From Octopus sinensis (taxonomy: Eukaryota), in NCBI RefSeq assembly GCF_006345805.1, contig NC_043000.1, forward strand, positions 161,572,001-161,636,000: DNA of 64,000 bases, in the 5' to 3' direction. Shown one piece after another: positions 25,761-38,100 of this stretch. Made by a program: the position numbers and the translations under genes. Numbering within the stretch: the first letter of the stretch is position 1; each line of letters begins with the position of its first letter. The notes beneath the pieces are model-generated. The model was not told the DNA's origin. It made no database searches and saw nothing but the letters and a program-made list of their open reading frames with translations.

Positions 25761-26788
25761 TTCGGTGTACGTATGTATGCATGCACGCATGCATATTGCT
25801 ACCCACAGCCATGTGGTCAACAGACAAACTTCTCACCACACAGCCACACCTGGATGGATGGAAAGATGGATGGATGGATGGCTGGATGGATGTATAGATA
25901 GATGGATGTATATTGTTGTGTCTCTTAAACCGACTGCCTACTAGATTACTTTCTCTCTCTTAATTTCTACTGCTATTCATTTGATTTAGCCCCTCGCCTA
26001 TTTTCTCTAACTTTCAATCTTATAGTCATAGTTATCCTTTTTCCTTCCAACAGTTAACTGAAGTCTTTTAACTACCAACATCCCCATAACCAGGACCACT
26101 CCCATTCTCCTTCCATTTCCTCTTTCCCTTTATACTTCTTACTATAACCTCTCCAACCTTATCGTTCTCTTCCCATTGAACCTATATATATATTTATAAA
26201 CACTTCTCCACTAGGCTATTCGCCAGTGCCTTCTGATAAAAATAACATGACTTCTCATGGGTCTTTCAAAATCCGTGTCAATCCTTACATATACAATGTT
26301 AGAGGAACCCATTACATAATATACCTGGTTATGGCACCAGTCATCGTTTACCCGAAACAGTTATAAACATTGAACTTGATTACATTTATTTGTGTATACA
26401 AATGTGCATGAGTACACCGTGTACGTCTACTACTCTTTGTTACTCCTTTCTACTTATAGATATATAAATCAACTAAGACCTGTTTAAAATAATCTTGCTT
26501 GCATGTATGTATGTCAATGTATACGTATATATGAATGTATACTAAGAAGGCATACATTTTTTGTATTCTGGTAATAGACCGACCAATAAAATTTGTTGTT
26601 AGAAATTTAGTATCCGGTACATATATTTTATATGCTTTAGTTTATAAATTACGCTAATTTTTGCATAAAAGTTTACATATATATGCCTGTGAGTGCGCGC
26701 GCATGCATATCTTTGAGCATTCTTGTATTGCATGACATCAAACGTTAAAAATCTTTGCATTTATGTATATATATTTAACATATATATA

Positions 26789-27194
26789 CAGGAGTGGCTG
26801 TGTGGTAAGTAGCTTGCTAACCAACCACATGGTTCCGGGTTCAGTCCCACTGCGTGGCATCTTGGGCAAGTGTCTTCTGCTATAGCCCCGGGCCGACCAA
26901 TGCTTTGTGAGTGGATTTGGTAGACGGAAACTGAAAGAAGCCTGTCGTATATATGTATATATATATATATATATGTATGTGTGTTTGTTTGTGTGTCTGT
27001 GTTTGTCCCCCTAACATTGCTTGACAACCGATGCTGGCTGGTATATTTACGTCCCCGTCACTTAGCGGTTCGGCAAAAGAGACCGATAGAATAAGTACTG
27101 GGCCTACAAAGAATAAGTCCCGGGGTCGATTTGCTCGACTAAAGGCGTTGCTCCAGCATGGCCGCAGTCAAATGACTGAAACAAGTGAAAGAGT
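26789..27194 (+). mobile_element. SINE family A, full length
   Basis: High identity to 19381-19770. Confidence 0.95.
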
Positions 27195-27579
27195 ATATAT
27201 ATTTAATGTATATATATATATATATATATACATATATATACGGGTACGTTCTGCGTCTGCGCAGCGATCTGATTAGTTAGAGAGAGCAAATTATTAGACG
27301 CACATGTTTCTAGTGAGGTGCCATATCACAATAACAGGGCTCTTACCGATGAATTCTCCCTGAGTAATTAAATTATTTTTATTACTGAAAAGAACGAAAC
27401 TGCAGTCTAAGAGGAACCGAGTTAGTAAACGTTTTTATTTTCATTTCACTAAATTTATCAAGCTTCTGTGTTTCTAGTACATACTTCGCCTTTTAATGTA
27501 CTTACATATGAATAATATATGGCTTGTGCTAGAAACACCAGCGATAATAATTAATTTTATGTTATCGCATTTTGAATTT

Positions 27580-27639
<60 letters not shown>

Positions 27640-28274
27640 ACTTAATGCTAAAATATATATATACATATATATACTAACTGTTCGGCACACCTATATGAAT
27701 TTTTGCAATTTCACAAAGGATTGGTCATACATTTATGTATATATACTCATGTATACGTAAGTAGGTTGTAAAATATATTTGTGATTGTGCATGTATGTGT
27801 ATTATATATATATATATATAAGTAAGGAAAAATTTTTTTTTAAATGCCGAATGCTCAAATGAATGAAAATTTTAATAAAATGAGAAATTGATAAAATATA
27901 TAAATATATATTTATTCAACCGGTTTTCGTCATTGTATGACTTGTCAAGAATATTTATGTTTTAAAAAGTTTTTTTAAAAATTAGAAAGGGGAAAAAAAG
28001 AAAATTGCATTGTTTTTTGTAAAAGAATAATGATAAAAATGTACAAAAATTAAAAAATAAGTTCTCCGATACATTGTGAGTTCGTTGTGTATCTTGAGTT
28101 TTATGAATGTTCACGAAAAAATTACCTTGAGGTGTTAAGATCCAAAGGGATTAAGAGCATGTGTTGTGTTGTTTAATTCAGCATGTTTGCAGGACAGGAA
28201 GTAGTAGTAATTGTGGTTCTTCAGTTCCTGTGTTGTGAGTAAGGGGAGACAACTCTTTTGAGTTCTTCAATAAA

Positions 28275-28785
<511 letters not shown>

Positions 28786-28797
28786 TATGTATATATA

Positions 28798-30019
28798 CAA
28801 GGGTTGGACAAAATAATGGAAACACCTAGCATCATAGCATCATAATTTTGAAATATCTATAAAACTCTCAAAGGCTTGTTTATTTTCATGCTTTTTTTGA
28901 TTTATTATTAGTGTTGCTTAATATGTTTTGCTAAAATTGCTGGTTCTTTTCAGATATCATCAGAAAAAAGGTAATTAAAATCCATTAAAATAACAGCTCT
29001 ATCAGACTTTCAAAGAGGTCAACTTGTTGGTGCTTGTATGTCAGGCGCTTGCGTAACAAAAGCGGCCAAAATGTTTGGTGCATCAAGAAGTACTTTTTCG
29101 AAAGTAATGACAGCGTTTGAGAAAGAGGGAAAAACTTTCTCGTCGGAATACAACTCCAGAAGAAAACCAAAACTTTCAGAGAGGGGATGTTGGACTCTTA
29201 CGCGAATTGTTAGAAAGAACACAAAAGTACAGCTCCCAAAATTACTACAGAGCTTAATGACCACTCCGAGAACCCAGTTCGCACAAAAACTGTTCGCCGG
29301 GAGCTGCACCAAGCCGGATTTCATGGGAGGGCTGCAATCAGAAAACCACTACTTTCAAAAACAAACGTTGTAAAGCGTTTAGAGTGGAGTAAAAACCTAC
29401 AGAATTAGTCCCTAGAGCAGTGAAAGAATGATATTTTCTCGGACATCCTTACCTTATTTCCCACCATCCCACCACCGGCTGAGTATACGCGTGAAGATAG
29501 CCAAAAGAAGCATTTTATCCAGACTGCCTTCTTCCAACTGTTAAACGTAGAGGACGATGTGTAATGATCTGGGTGGTTATATCTTAGAAATCCGCCAGCC
29601 CAATGGTTTCCTTTCATAGCAGACTTAATAGTTTCCGGAGGGAAACACAATCTTTCAAGATGATAATGCACCAATTCACACAGCTGAAGTTGTTACTGAA
29701 CGGCACGAGTAACATTCTAGTGAAGATGAACATCTTATCTGGCCACTACAGTCTCCAGATCTCAATATTATTGAACAGTTATGGTGCATTTTAGAAAAAC
29801 AAGTAAGGAGTTGATATCCTCCAACAACATCACTGCAAGAACTGGAGACTATGTTTGCTGAAGAATGGACAAAGTTTCCTTTGGAAACAATTCAAACTTT
29901 GTACGAATCCATACCTCATAGAATTTAAGCTGTAATTACTGCCAAAGGCGGTCCTGCCCCATATTAAAATAAATTTGTTTGAAATCTTAAGGTATTTCCT
30001 TCATTTTGTCCAACCCTTG
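28798..30019 (+). mobile_element. Tc1-family transposon with DD36E spacing (Incomer-like), both TIRs, decayed transposase
   Basis: TIRs CAAGGGTTGGACAAAAT at both ends with TA flanks. QRGQLVGA..GACVTKAAKMFG..RKPKLSER; FQDDNAPIHTA...WPLQSPDLNIIEQLW with 36 codons between D and E; KGGPAPY* end. Several stops and an internal deletion. Confidence 0.92.
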
Positions 30020-30033
30020 TATATATATAAATA

Positions 30034-30087
<54 letters not shown>

Positions 30088-30449
30088 TATTTACACACAC
30101 ACATACATATATTTATGTATATATGTATGTGCGTGTGTGTATGTGTGTGTATACTCTTACTTTTAATTTTTAGTGATTTCAGGTGTCGAACCGAAGTTAT
30201 GAAAGGCTAAATCTATTAAACATTTTTTTTCTCGCTCATATAAACCTCCATTGTTATTTCAGTCCGGTACATTCTTTATAATTTTGAATTAGTTTCAGTT
30301 GGAAAGTTACATTTCAATACAACAGATGCTTTTTTCTATAAGGTGTGTCATACTAAGCAAAAATGCAGACAATTGCTTACACGTACACAAGCATCTATAT
30401 ATATATATATGTGCGTGTCTGTATGTGTGTCTATATTAATATATATATA

Positions 30450-30508
<59 letters not shown>

Positions 30509-30518
30509 ATATATATAT

Positions 30519-30890
30519 CTTTACTCTTTTTACTCTTTTACTTGTTTCAGTCATTTGACTGCGGCCATGCTGGAGCACCACCTTTTAGTACTTATTGTAT
30601 CGGTCTCTTTTTGCCGAACCGCTAAGTGACGGGGACCTAAACACACCAGCATCGGTTGTCAAGCAATGCTAGGGGGACAAACACAGACACACAAACACAC
30701 ACACATATACATATATATACATATATACGACAGGCTTCTTTCAGTTTCCGTCTACCAAATCCACTCACAAGGCATTGGTCGGCCCGGGGCTATAGCAGAA
30801 GACACTTGCCCAAGATGCCACGCAGTGGGACTGAACCCGCAACCGTGTGGTTGGTTAGCAAGCTACTTACCACACAGCCACTCCTGCGCC
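30519..30890 (-). mobile_element. SINE family A, full-length head, deletion in tail
   Basis: Reverse-complement match that lacks the cgagcaaatcgacccc...gtaagcc segment. Confidence 0.92.
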
Positions 30891-30931
<41 letters not shown>

Positions 30932-31221
30932 ATAACCATATATGTGTATGTGTTAAAGTGTATAGACACATATATACATGTAAATACAAACATAAATGTG
31001 TATATATATTTACATGTATATATACAGAAAGGGAGAGGGAGAGGGAGATTTTTATGGTTGTATTTTAACACATTGCATTCTATACAACAATAAGACTAGA
31101 AAATAGAGGGCGTCCAAAAAATGTATATGTAGTGTGTATATGATAATTAATTCAGTGCTTATTAATATACATTACTTGTTCATAACTTTGTGCAATCTAC
31201 AAACAGTATTTATATTTGTCA

Positions 31222-32068
31222 TTAACGTGTTTTCATTCTGCGAACCGCCCTGGTATGAAATGAATTCAGTTCAGGGGACATTAAAGAGTCCAGTATGAAA
31301 GTCCATGTCTCACAACTATAGAGAAGGACAGGGAGGACCAGAGACTTAAAGACCCAAACCTTTGTCCTCCTGCTCAGATATCGACAGCACCTCTTGTCCA
31401 ATGAGTCCATACTGCACCAGCTTGTGTAAATCTTTTTACTACTTCAGGCTAACTGCTAATGCTGCTATGAATCTCCCTGCCGACATAAGTGAAGCTATCA
31501 GTATCTTCGGCTGTTTCACCGGTAATGGAGACAGACGAGATGAATCTTTGTCTTGATCCAAGGGACTCTAACGCCAAGTGGTTCCGCTTCTCCACTCTAT
31601 GAAATGAGAGCGCTTCTTAAGACATCCAGCGACTCAGCAAAAATAACTACGTCATCACCAACACCTCGTTTCACCAATGAGTGCACCACAACTCGATCGA
31701 GCCACCATTTGGCCAAGTATCTAATTCATGAAGGCATTGAACGGAGTGGGAGCCAAGACATAACTATGATGAACTCCTGTTACTTGTATGATTCGGGAGC
31801 GCAAGCTCGGACTGTTGAGCCATGTTGCTCGATTTTCCGAAGTAGACTCTGCTTACCGTGTTCTCTTCACTGCGGATCCGGATGGATGGATGGATGGCTT
31901 ACGTTGGTCGACCACATGTTCCCAGCAGATGACAAGGTACCTCGTTAAGATGGTGACTGACTGGAGTTTTGCATGATGGGTCGCCCGGGAGGTTCTGAGA
32001 ATATACCTGCAAATAGTGAATGCAGCAACGCGCTGCAACGGCGCAAGCCCCCATACGTGATCTGATTT
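31222..32068. mobile_element. RTE-clade LINE with an inverted 5' segment
   Basis: 31222-31730 minus: DDVVIFAESLDVL, FTYVG, RTKVWVFKSLVLPVLLYSCETWT. 31750-32068 plus: VTCMIRERKLGLLSHVARF and the RTE-type 3' end gcagcaacgcgctgcaacggcgcaagcccccatacgtgatctgatttgact. Confidence 0.85.
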
Positions 32069-32239
32069 GACTCTTTTCAAACTGACGAGCATTTTTGCTC
32101 GCGTACTGCTTATAACACGAAGTAATGGTATTGCAAACATCATAAAGTATTTCGTTCGGTATTTGCACGCACTCTCGTTCAATGGTTGTCTTTAATTCAT
32201 CAATAGTATACTCGTCAATAGACGATTCTGTACCGTAAA

Positions 32240-33085
32240 TTTTATCATTTAAATATGCACCGCCATCCTAGAGACACACAGAAAAATAGTCAAGTGGTGT
32301 GAATTCCTTTGGACACGGAGGGTATTTCATTATATCTGTTCGTGCAATCCACCAAATTTGAAAGTGTGAGGGTGTTTAACTTTTTGAAAAAAAAAACGGA
32401 CCTTTAAACTTCTCTTGAATATTTGATAATAAGTTCAAGCAAATGGGCTCAATCAAAAAAGAATGATCCAACAATTCCTGTTGATAACAAGTCACCGCAT
32501 ACTCCAACTCTTGGTAATTTAAAATGCTGTTCCTGTGTAACATGCGGATTTTCATGTCCTCAGCAGGTGCAATTTTGGCAGTAAATTCAGCTGTTTAATT
32601 TAAAGGAGACTCATCACTCCAAAGAGAGTGTATCTCCTAAACATCTTGCCAAGTACCACTCGCAAAACTCCACTCTTCAGTTCGATTTATTTTTATCAGG
32701 ATAATTGACTTTACTTGGAATGCAACATCTTCAATGACAATGCTTCAAATGCAGTGGACAATTGATTTTGATTTACTTGTATCACAACTTGCTTTCTCCA
32801 CATATTTTTGCTTTTTATCTCAGGTAATACGTTTCTACAACTCTTCCGTGCATTTAGGGGTTCGTCAGTGTCCATAGTTTTCCAGAACCTTTCTTGTGAG
32901 CATTCGGAACAGATCTGTTTGCTTCAAACTAATATCTAGTTCCAGCGTTGGTGGGGAAAAGATTGAAAACTCCTTCCTAAATTGTCTTTGCACTTCAGGC
33001 GCGTTTTCAAATTTTCAGCAGTACTTTAGGACAAATTGTTTCGTTCCGTGCATAGTCTGATTCCTTTCGTTAGATTTAGTTGGTT
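32240..33085 (-). mobile_element. Mariner-like transposase remnant (DD41D/rosa-like motifs)
   Basis: LWSDES, QNC..GHENPHVTQEQH..PRVGVCG....GIVGSFFF and TPLDYF motifs. Many frameshifts, so the spacing cannot be counted. Confidence 0.55.
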
Positions 33086-33162
33086 AAATTTATAAAGAAA
33101 TGAAAATTGAGTCATCAGCTGTTAAAATTAGTATACATGTTTCTGAGACATTCTGGTTATGC

Positions 33163-33736
33163 ATAGGAATGTATGTATGTATGCATGCATGCATGTATGT
33201 GTGTGTATGTGTGTATGTATGTATGTATATATGTATGTATGTACGTACGAATGTATGTATGTATGCATGTATGTATGCATGTATGTATGTATGTATGCAT
33301 GTATGTAGGATGTATGTATGTATGCATGTATGTATGTATGTATGTATGTATGCATGTGTGTATGTACGTATGTATGTATGTATGCATGTATGTATGTATG
33401 TATGTATGCATGTATGTATGTATGTATGTATGTATGTGTGTAAGTATTTATTTATGTATGCATGCATGTATGCATGCATGTATGTATGTATGTATGTATG
33501 CATGTATGTATGCATGTATGTATGTATGTATGCATGTATGTATGTATGTATGCATGTATGTATGTATGTATGTATGTATGTATGTATGTATGTATGTATG
33601 TGTGTATGTATGTATGCATGTGTGTATATGTATGTATGTATGTATGTGTGTATGTATGCATGCATGTATGTATGTGTGTGTATGTGTGTATGTATGTATG
33701 TATGTATGTATGTATGTATGTATGTATGTGTGTATG
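33163..33736. repeat. Long (TATG)n/(CATG) microsatellite
   Basis: Directly visible. Source of the MYVC and HTYI ORFs. Confidence 0.97.
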
Positions 33737-34410
33737 TCAGTTCACTTTCGAGTGCTACTGGTAACGTAACCCAGTACAACCTGTTGCATATTCGGGCTGT
33801 CGGCGACTAAATTGGCAACCCCACCAACCTTGCTTGGTGAGGAGGGTGATTATTGGACACCCTGTGGGATGAAAGACAAAACCCGTCAAAGGTCGGAGGG
33901 ACTCTTGAGAGTCAACGGCCATCCGATAAATGTGTATTGTTCTTTTTTCTTAAGGCTTAAGGCTGCATCATGCGCGGGGATATAGAAATAATCGGACTGA
34001 ATACCTGATCGCGCTGTTAAACCATTGGCAGTGAAGGACTTCTAGCCTTCGTTAGGGCATCCTTCTAGGAGAAGGTAACTCAGGTAACTGGGATAACTCC
34101 GACATAAAACCTGCGGCTCAGCTGTTACCGATGATGTTGACTTCTTCTTTTCGGATTATGGCTGCTGTTGCTCAGTGAGTGGGATTGACTCAGTGCACAG
34201 CCTTTCCTCACTTTAAAAAAATCTTCTTGTACAGGCATTGCACGATAGCGACATTGTTCATGATTGTTGATGGTGCTGTGAGTCTCAACTGAATGGCTGG
34301 CTGTAGCTTTAAAAAGCAAATAAAAGTCACATTCGATCACAGTACCAATAACAGTTATGCTTCGTGCAATGGCCATACTCGATAACGAGGGGGCAGCCAT
34401 AATAATAATG
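33737..34410 (+). mobile_element. Putative non-autonomous RTE derivative (5' UTR-like segment fused to an RTE 3' end) within (TATG)n
   Basis: gggcatccttctaggagaaggtaactc resembles RTE 5' UTR motifs (recall). 34327-34410 is near-identical to the reverse complement of 36300-36385, which is an RTE 3' end. Confidence 0.5.
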
Positions 34411-36138
34411 TATGTATGTATGTATGTATGTATGTATGTATGTATGTATGTATGTATGTATGTATGTATGTATGTATGTATGTATGTATGTATGTATGTA
34501 TGTATGTATGTGTGTATGTATGTATGCTTCAGTGTTATGAGGATGAAGAGCCAGATATTTAATACTAGCATTGCGATGCACTTGTTACTTCATAATAAAC
34601 TTTCTGAAAAGCCAGCGGGCAAAATTTTGTACTAAGAATCTCGTCTAACAATTTTTCTCTTAGATAGCTTTTTCTAGATTTCTATGTTTTAAAGATAAGT
34701 AATGATCATTGAAATCCAATACTCAGATTAAATTTTTTCGTTTATTTTCACCCTTTAATTCTTAACCTACTTCAAAATCTAAACCTTTACCCAATCATCT
34801 TCTTCGACCCTAATAGAAAGTTTAACACCTAATCCTAAAATTTAACCTAAACTCTAAAATCTAACCCAAAGGTTTTCTACCTGGATGGTACCGCCACTGA
34901 GAGGACGCCATGCATGACGAAGCGAGCGTTAGGCTTTAGAGGCCGGTAAGCTGAGGTAGCATAAATAACATACCAAATTTTACCTGTAGTAGTAATTATA
35001 TTATACGAGATTTCATCAGGCACAGGGAAGTCATTAATTTACAATGTATAAAGTAAATTTACAATTTTTGTCTTTATTAATCTTTTGTCATTTCGCTAGT
35101 AAAAGTTTATGCAAACAAATTTAGATTTATAAGTCTAAATTCATAAATTATCATTCATGTTAAGTTAGTTTAGTCGTGATACCTCACATACCACTTATGT
35201 GGGCGCTAGGCATAACGACTTAAAAAGCGAGGTGCTACAATAAACAGTTAGGAATCACTGTTCTAACCTAATTGTTTATAGAATTACAATTTCCCCGTGT
35301 GTTAAATATAAACTCTTCAAAATAACTTCACGGTAAAAAAAAAAGGCTGATTTCATGCACCAAAACAGAAAAGTGGGTGCAAAATTCTTTTAAATGTATT
35401 GCAATTTTGAATTCTCTATCTACAGAATCGAAAGATTCATTAATGCTTGACAGTTAGAAATGTAAATATATATTTACTTAAATATATTCATTCAAAGTAA
35501 ATTATCTTGTTGCTATCTTTTTTTGTATTTTTAATTCATATATTTTTATAATATATATTTTAAATTATTTATATCGATATTTTATATTGTCACATTTCAT
35601 AATTTATGTATATTTTAGAAATTAAACATTCAAATATTATTATATTTTCTTATTTTGATTTTTTTTAATGTTATTTACATATAATTCACCTCTGCTTCAG
35701 TGGAAAAATTTCTCTATTCTTTACCATGTTTATGCCTTATCATTCTTTCTTTTCTCCTTCCCTGCTCTTCCTCTTATCTATTATTCCCTCCTTGTCTTTC
35801 TGGGGCTTTTCTTCCTTTTCTATTTTCTTTACCTAATTGTCTTCCCTAGTTTTCTCTCTCTTCCTCTTCCCGCTTGTTTCTAGGTTACTTCTTTTAGATT
35901 CTTTTGCTTTCTCTCTATTTCTCTCTTAAAACAATAATAAAATCTTCGTCATCCATCTAACTTGCGACATAATTACCTGTAATTTAGTACAATAACGTGT
36001 TTCCTGAGGATCCATCGGGGTTCAGCATCCATATGCACTTGGATTATATATTGCAGGGCTCCAAATAACCATAATGGTGGAGCGTACGCATGAGCTTTAC
36101 TATAAACTTGTGTTTATCCTTATTTTTCCTATATACTC

Positions 36139-36139
<1 letters not shown>

Positions 36140-36229
<90 letters not shown>

Positions 36230-36299
36230 CATATATACATACATACATACATACATACATACATACATACATACATACATACATACATACATACATACA
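36140..36299. repeat. (GATA)n(CATA)n microsatellite
   Basis: Directly visible. Confidence 0.97.
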
Positions 36300-36530
36300 T
36301 TATTATTATGGCTGCCCCCTCGTTATCGAGTATGGCCATTGTACGAAGCTTAACTGTTATTGGTGCTGTGATTGAATGTGACTTTTTAGCCCAGCTAAAG
36401 ATGTACAATGTCTTGTACAAAATTGGCAACTAAAACCTTTACTGGTAATAGCCGGCTGTAGTTGTAACTGGGCTTCATGTACCTTTGCATGTCGTTTAAG
36501 TCCTCCTGCCGAATTACACTCCCTTCCACA
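36300..36530 (-). mobile_element. RTE-clade LINE extreme 3' end (two C2H2-like fingers plus UTR)
   Basis: CGRECNSAGGLKRHAKVH and CQFCTRHCTSLAGLKSHIQSQH* resemble the terminal fingers of RTE ORFs. The UTR runs into (ATGT)n. Confidence 0.7.
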
Positions 36531-36542
36531 TACATACATACA

Positions 36543-38100
36543 TACCAATCTTGAGAAATTAGGCTTTCCAAAACCAGAAAGGAGAAAGCTAATTCGAAGA
36601 CTACAGATCCAGTCCATCACCGGAACTGTAAAAATCTGTAAAACTTCCCAGAAGTTTATCATTTAAATATATATGAGCATGTCTAGATATGCAACTATAT
36701 ACATGAGAAGACATACGTAAAACATACAAATCTGCACATACATACATACATACATGCATACATACACACACACACATAATACATACATACATACATACAT
36801 ACATACATACATAAATGCATTCATACATGCATACATACATACATTAATACATACATACATACATACACACATACATACATACACACACATACATACATAC
36901 ACACATACATACATACATACATACAAACACATACATACATAAACTTAGATAAACTTAGATATGTTTCGACCAAAGATTGGTCCAGGCCATGTCTAACTTA
37001 ATAGCACCACCTGATAGGATTATTCGAATCCTGTTTAAGTCAAGTTTTGTTCAAGTAGTGAGTTCTTGTTGGGTGAGTTGTATCCAATTATGGGTGGCTT
37101 ATCTGGTATTCTTTGAAGGAATCTATCCAGACTCTGTTTAAAGTTGATGGGATCCTTTTCCTCTTTGATCTCTTTCGGAACAATGTTAAATAGAGCAGGG
37201 CCTGTTGAGGAAAAGAAATTATGTTGCAGTGTACATGTATGTTGTGATCTTGAATTGGGCAGGGGACGTATGGCCCGTAGTCCCAGTCTTGGATGAACCT
37301 TGAAGCTAATGTTCAGGTCGTTTGGACATAGTTGGCGGTATATTTTCCACATCGTACAAATGATGTACCGCTCACGGCGACGCTGGAGGGAGTAAAGTTT
37401 CAAGGCTTTAAGGCGATCCCAATAATCGAGAGCAGCCATGCCTTCAATTCGTTTAGTGAGTGCTCTCTGGGGTGACTCAATTCTGGAGATGTTTTGTCTT
37501 GTGTGAGGAGACCACAGTGGACAGCAGTATTCGAGGTGTGGCCGTACAAAGGAGGAGAAAAGTGGTATGATGACACCTTGTTCTCTGGACCGGAAAGTTC
37601 TTAAGATCCAGGAACTCATCCTACGAGCTATATCGACCTTCTTGTTGATGTGTGCACTCCAACTGAGATCGTCATCAACAATTACACCCAGGTCTCTGAT
37701 ATTGTTAGAGGCTGTGAGCGGTTCCCCTGAAGGAAGAGAGTATGGCTGTTTTAGTGAGGAGTTTCTTCCAAAATGCATCAGCTCAAATTTTCCCTCGTTC
37801 AGTTGCATTTTGTTTCTGTCTGCCCATTGACTCACAGCATATAGATCAGACTGGAGTTGAGTTCGGTCTGCTTCTTCATTGACGATTTGCTGGAGCTCGG
37901 TGTCATCAGCAAATATTTTCACTTTGCAGTAATGTACGACACTGGAAAGGTTGTTTATGTAGATTATGAAGAGTACATACATACATACATACAAAAATAC
38001 CCTGTTGTTGATGTTTAAATTCCAGTGAATGAGCCTTGGATCTAGGTTAGAAACCGATTCTTTCTCTATTGGCAAGAAATCTTGAAATAAACTGAATAAT
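36543..38100 (+). mobile_element. RLE-type LINE 'X' 3' end interrupted by a CR1 insertion
   Basis: 36543-36740 NLEKLGFPKPERRKLIRRLQIQSITGTVKICKTSQKFII*. 37995-38100 UTR tip with aataaactgaataat. Both parts are colinear with the uninterrupted copy at 25225-25640. Confidence 0.8.
36941..37975 (-). mobile_element. 5'-truncated CR1-clade LINE with an uninterrupted RT C-terminal frame and complete 3' end
   Basis: LFIIYINNL..KIFADDTEL, DLGVIVDDDLSWSAHI, FVRPHLEYCCPLWSPH, YWDRLKALKLYSLQRRRER, with no stops over about 310 codons. 3' UTR ends in (ATCTAAGTTT)2. Confidence 0.93.

Noticed and set aside
33750-33822. Possible HDV-like ribozyme at the start of the RTE-like 5' UTR (CTAA motif, GTTGC/GCAAC pairing)
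   Set aside because: Only about 19 nt lie between the putative P2 strand and J4/2, too few for P3, L3, P1 and P4. I could not build the double pseudoknot by hand. A family consensus could be re-tested.
34760-34870. Degenerate TAACCC-like hexamer run as an interstitial telomere
   Set aside because: Too degenerate. Such tracts are common in transposon subterminal regions.
35200-35265. hAT-like terminal sequence (agttaggaatcactg)
   Set aside because: No matching opposite end or TSD found.
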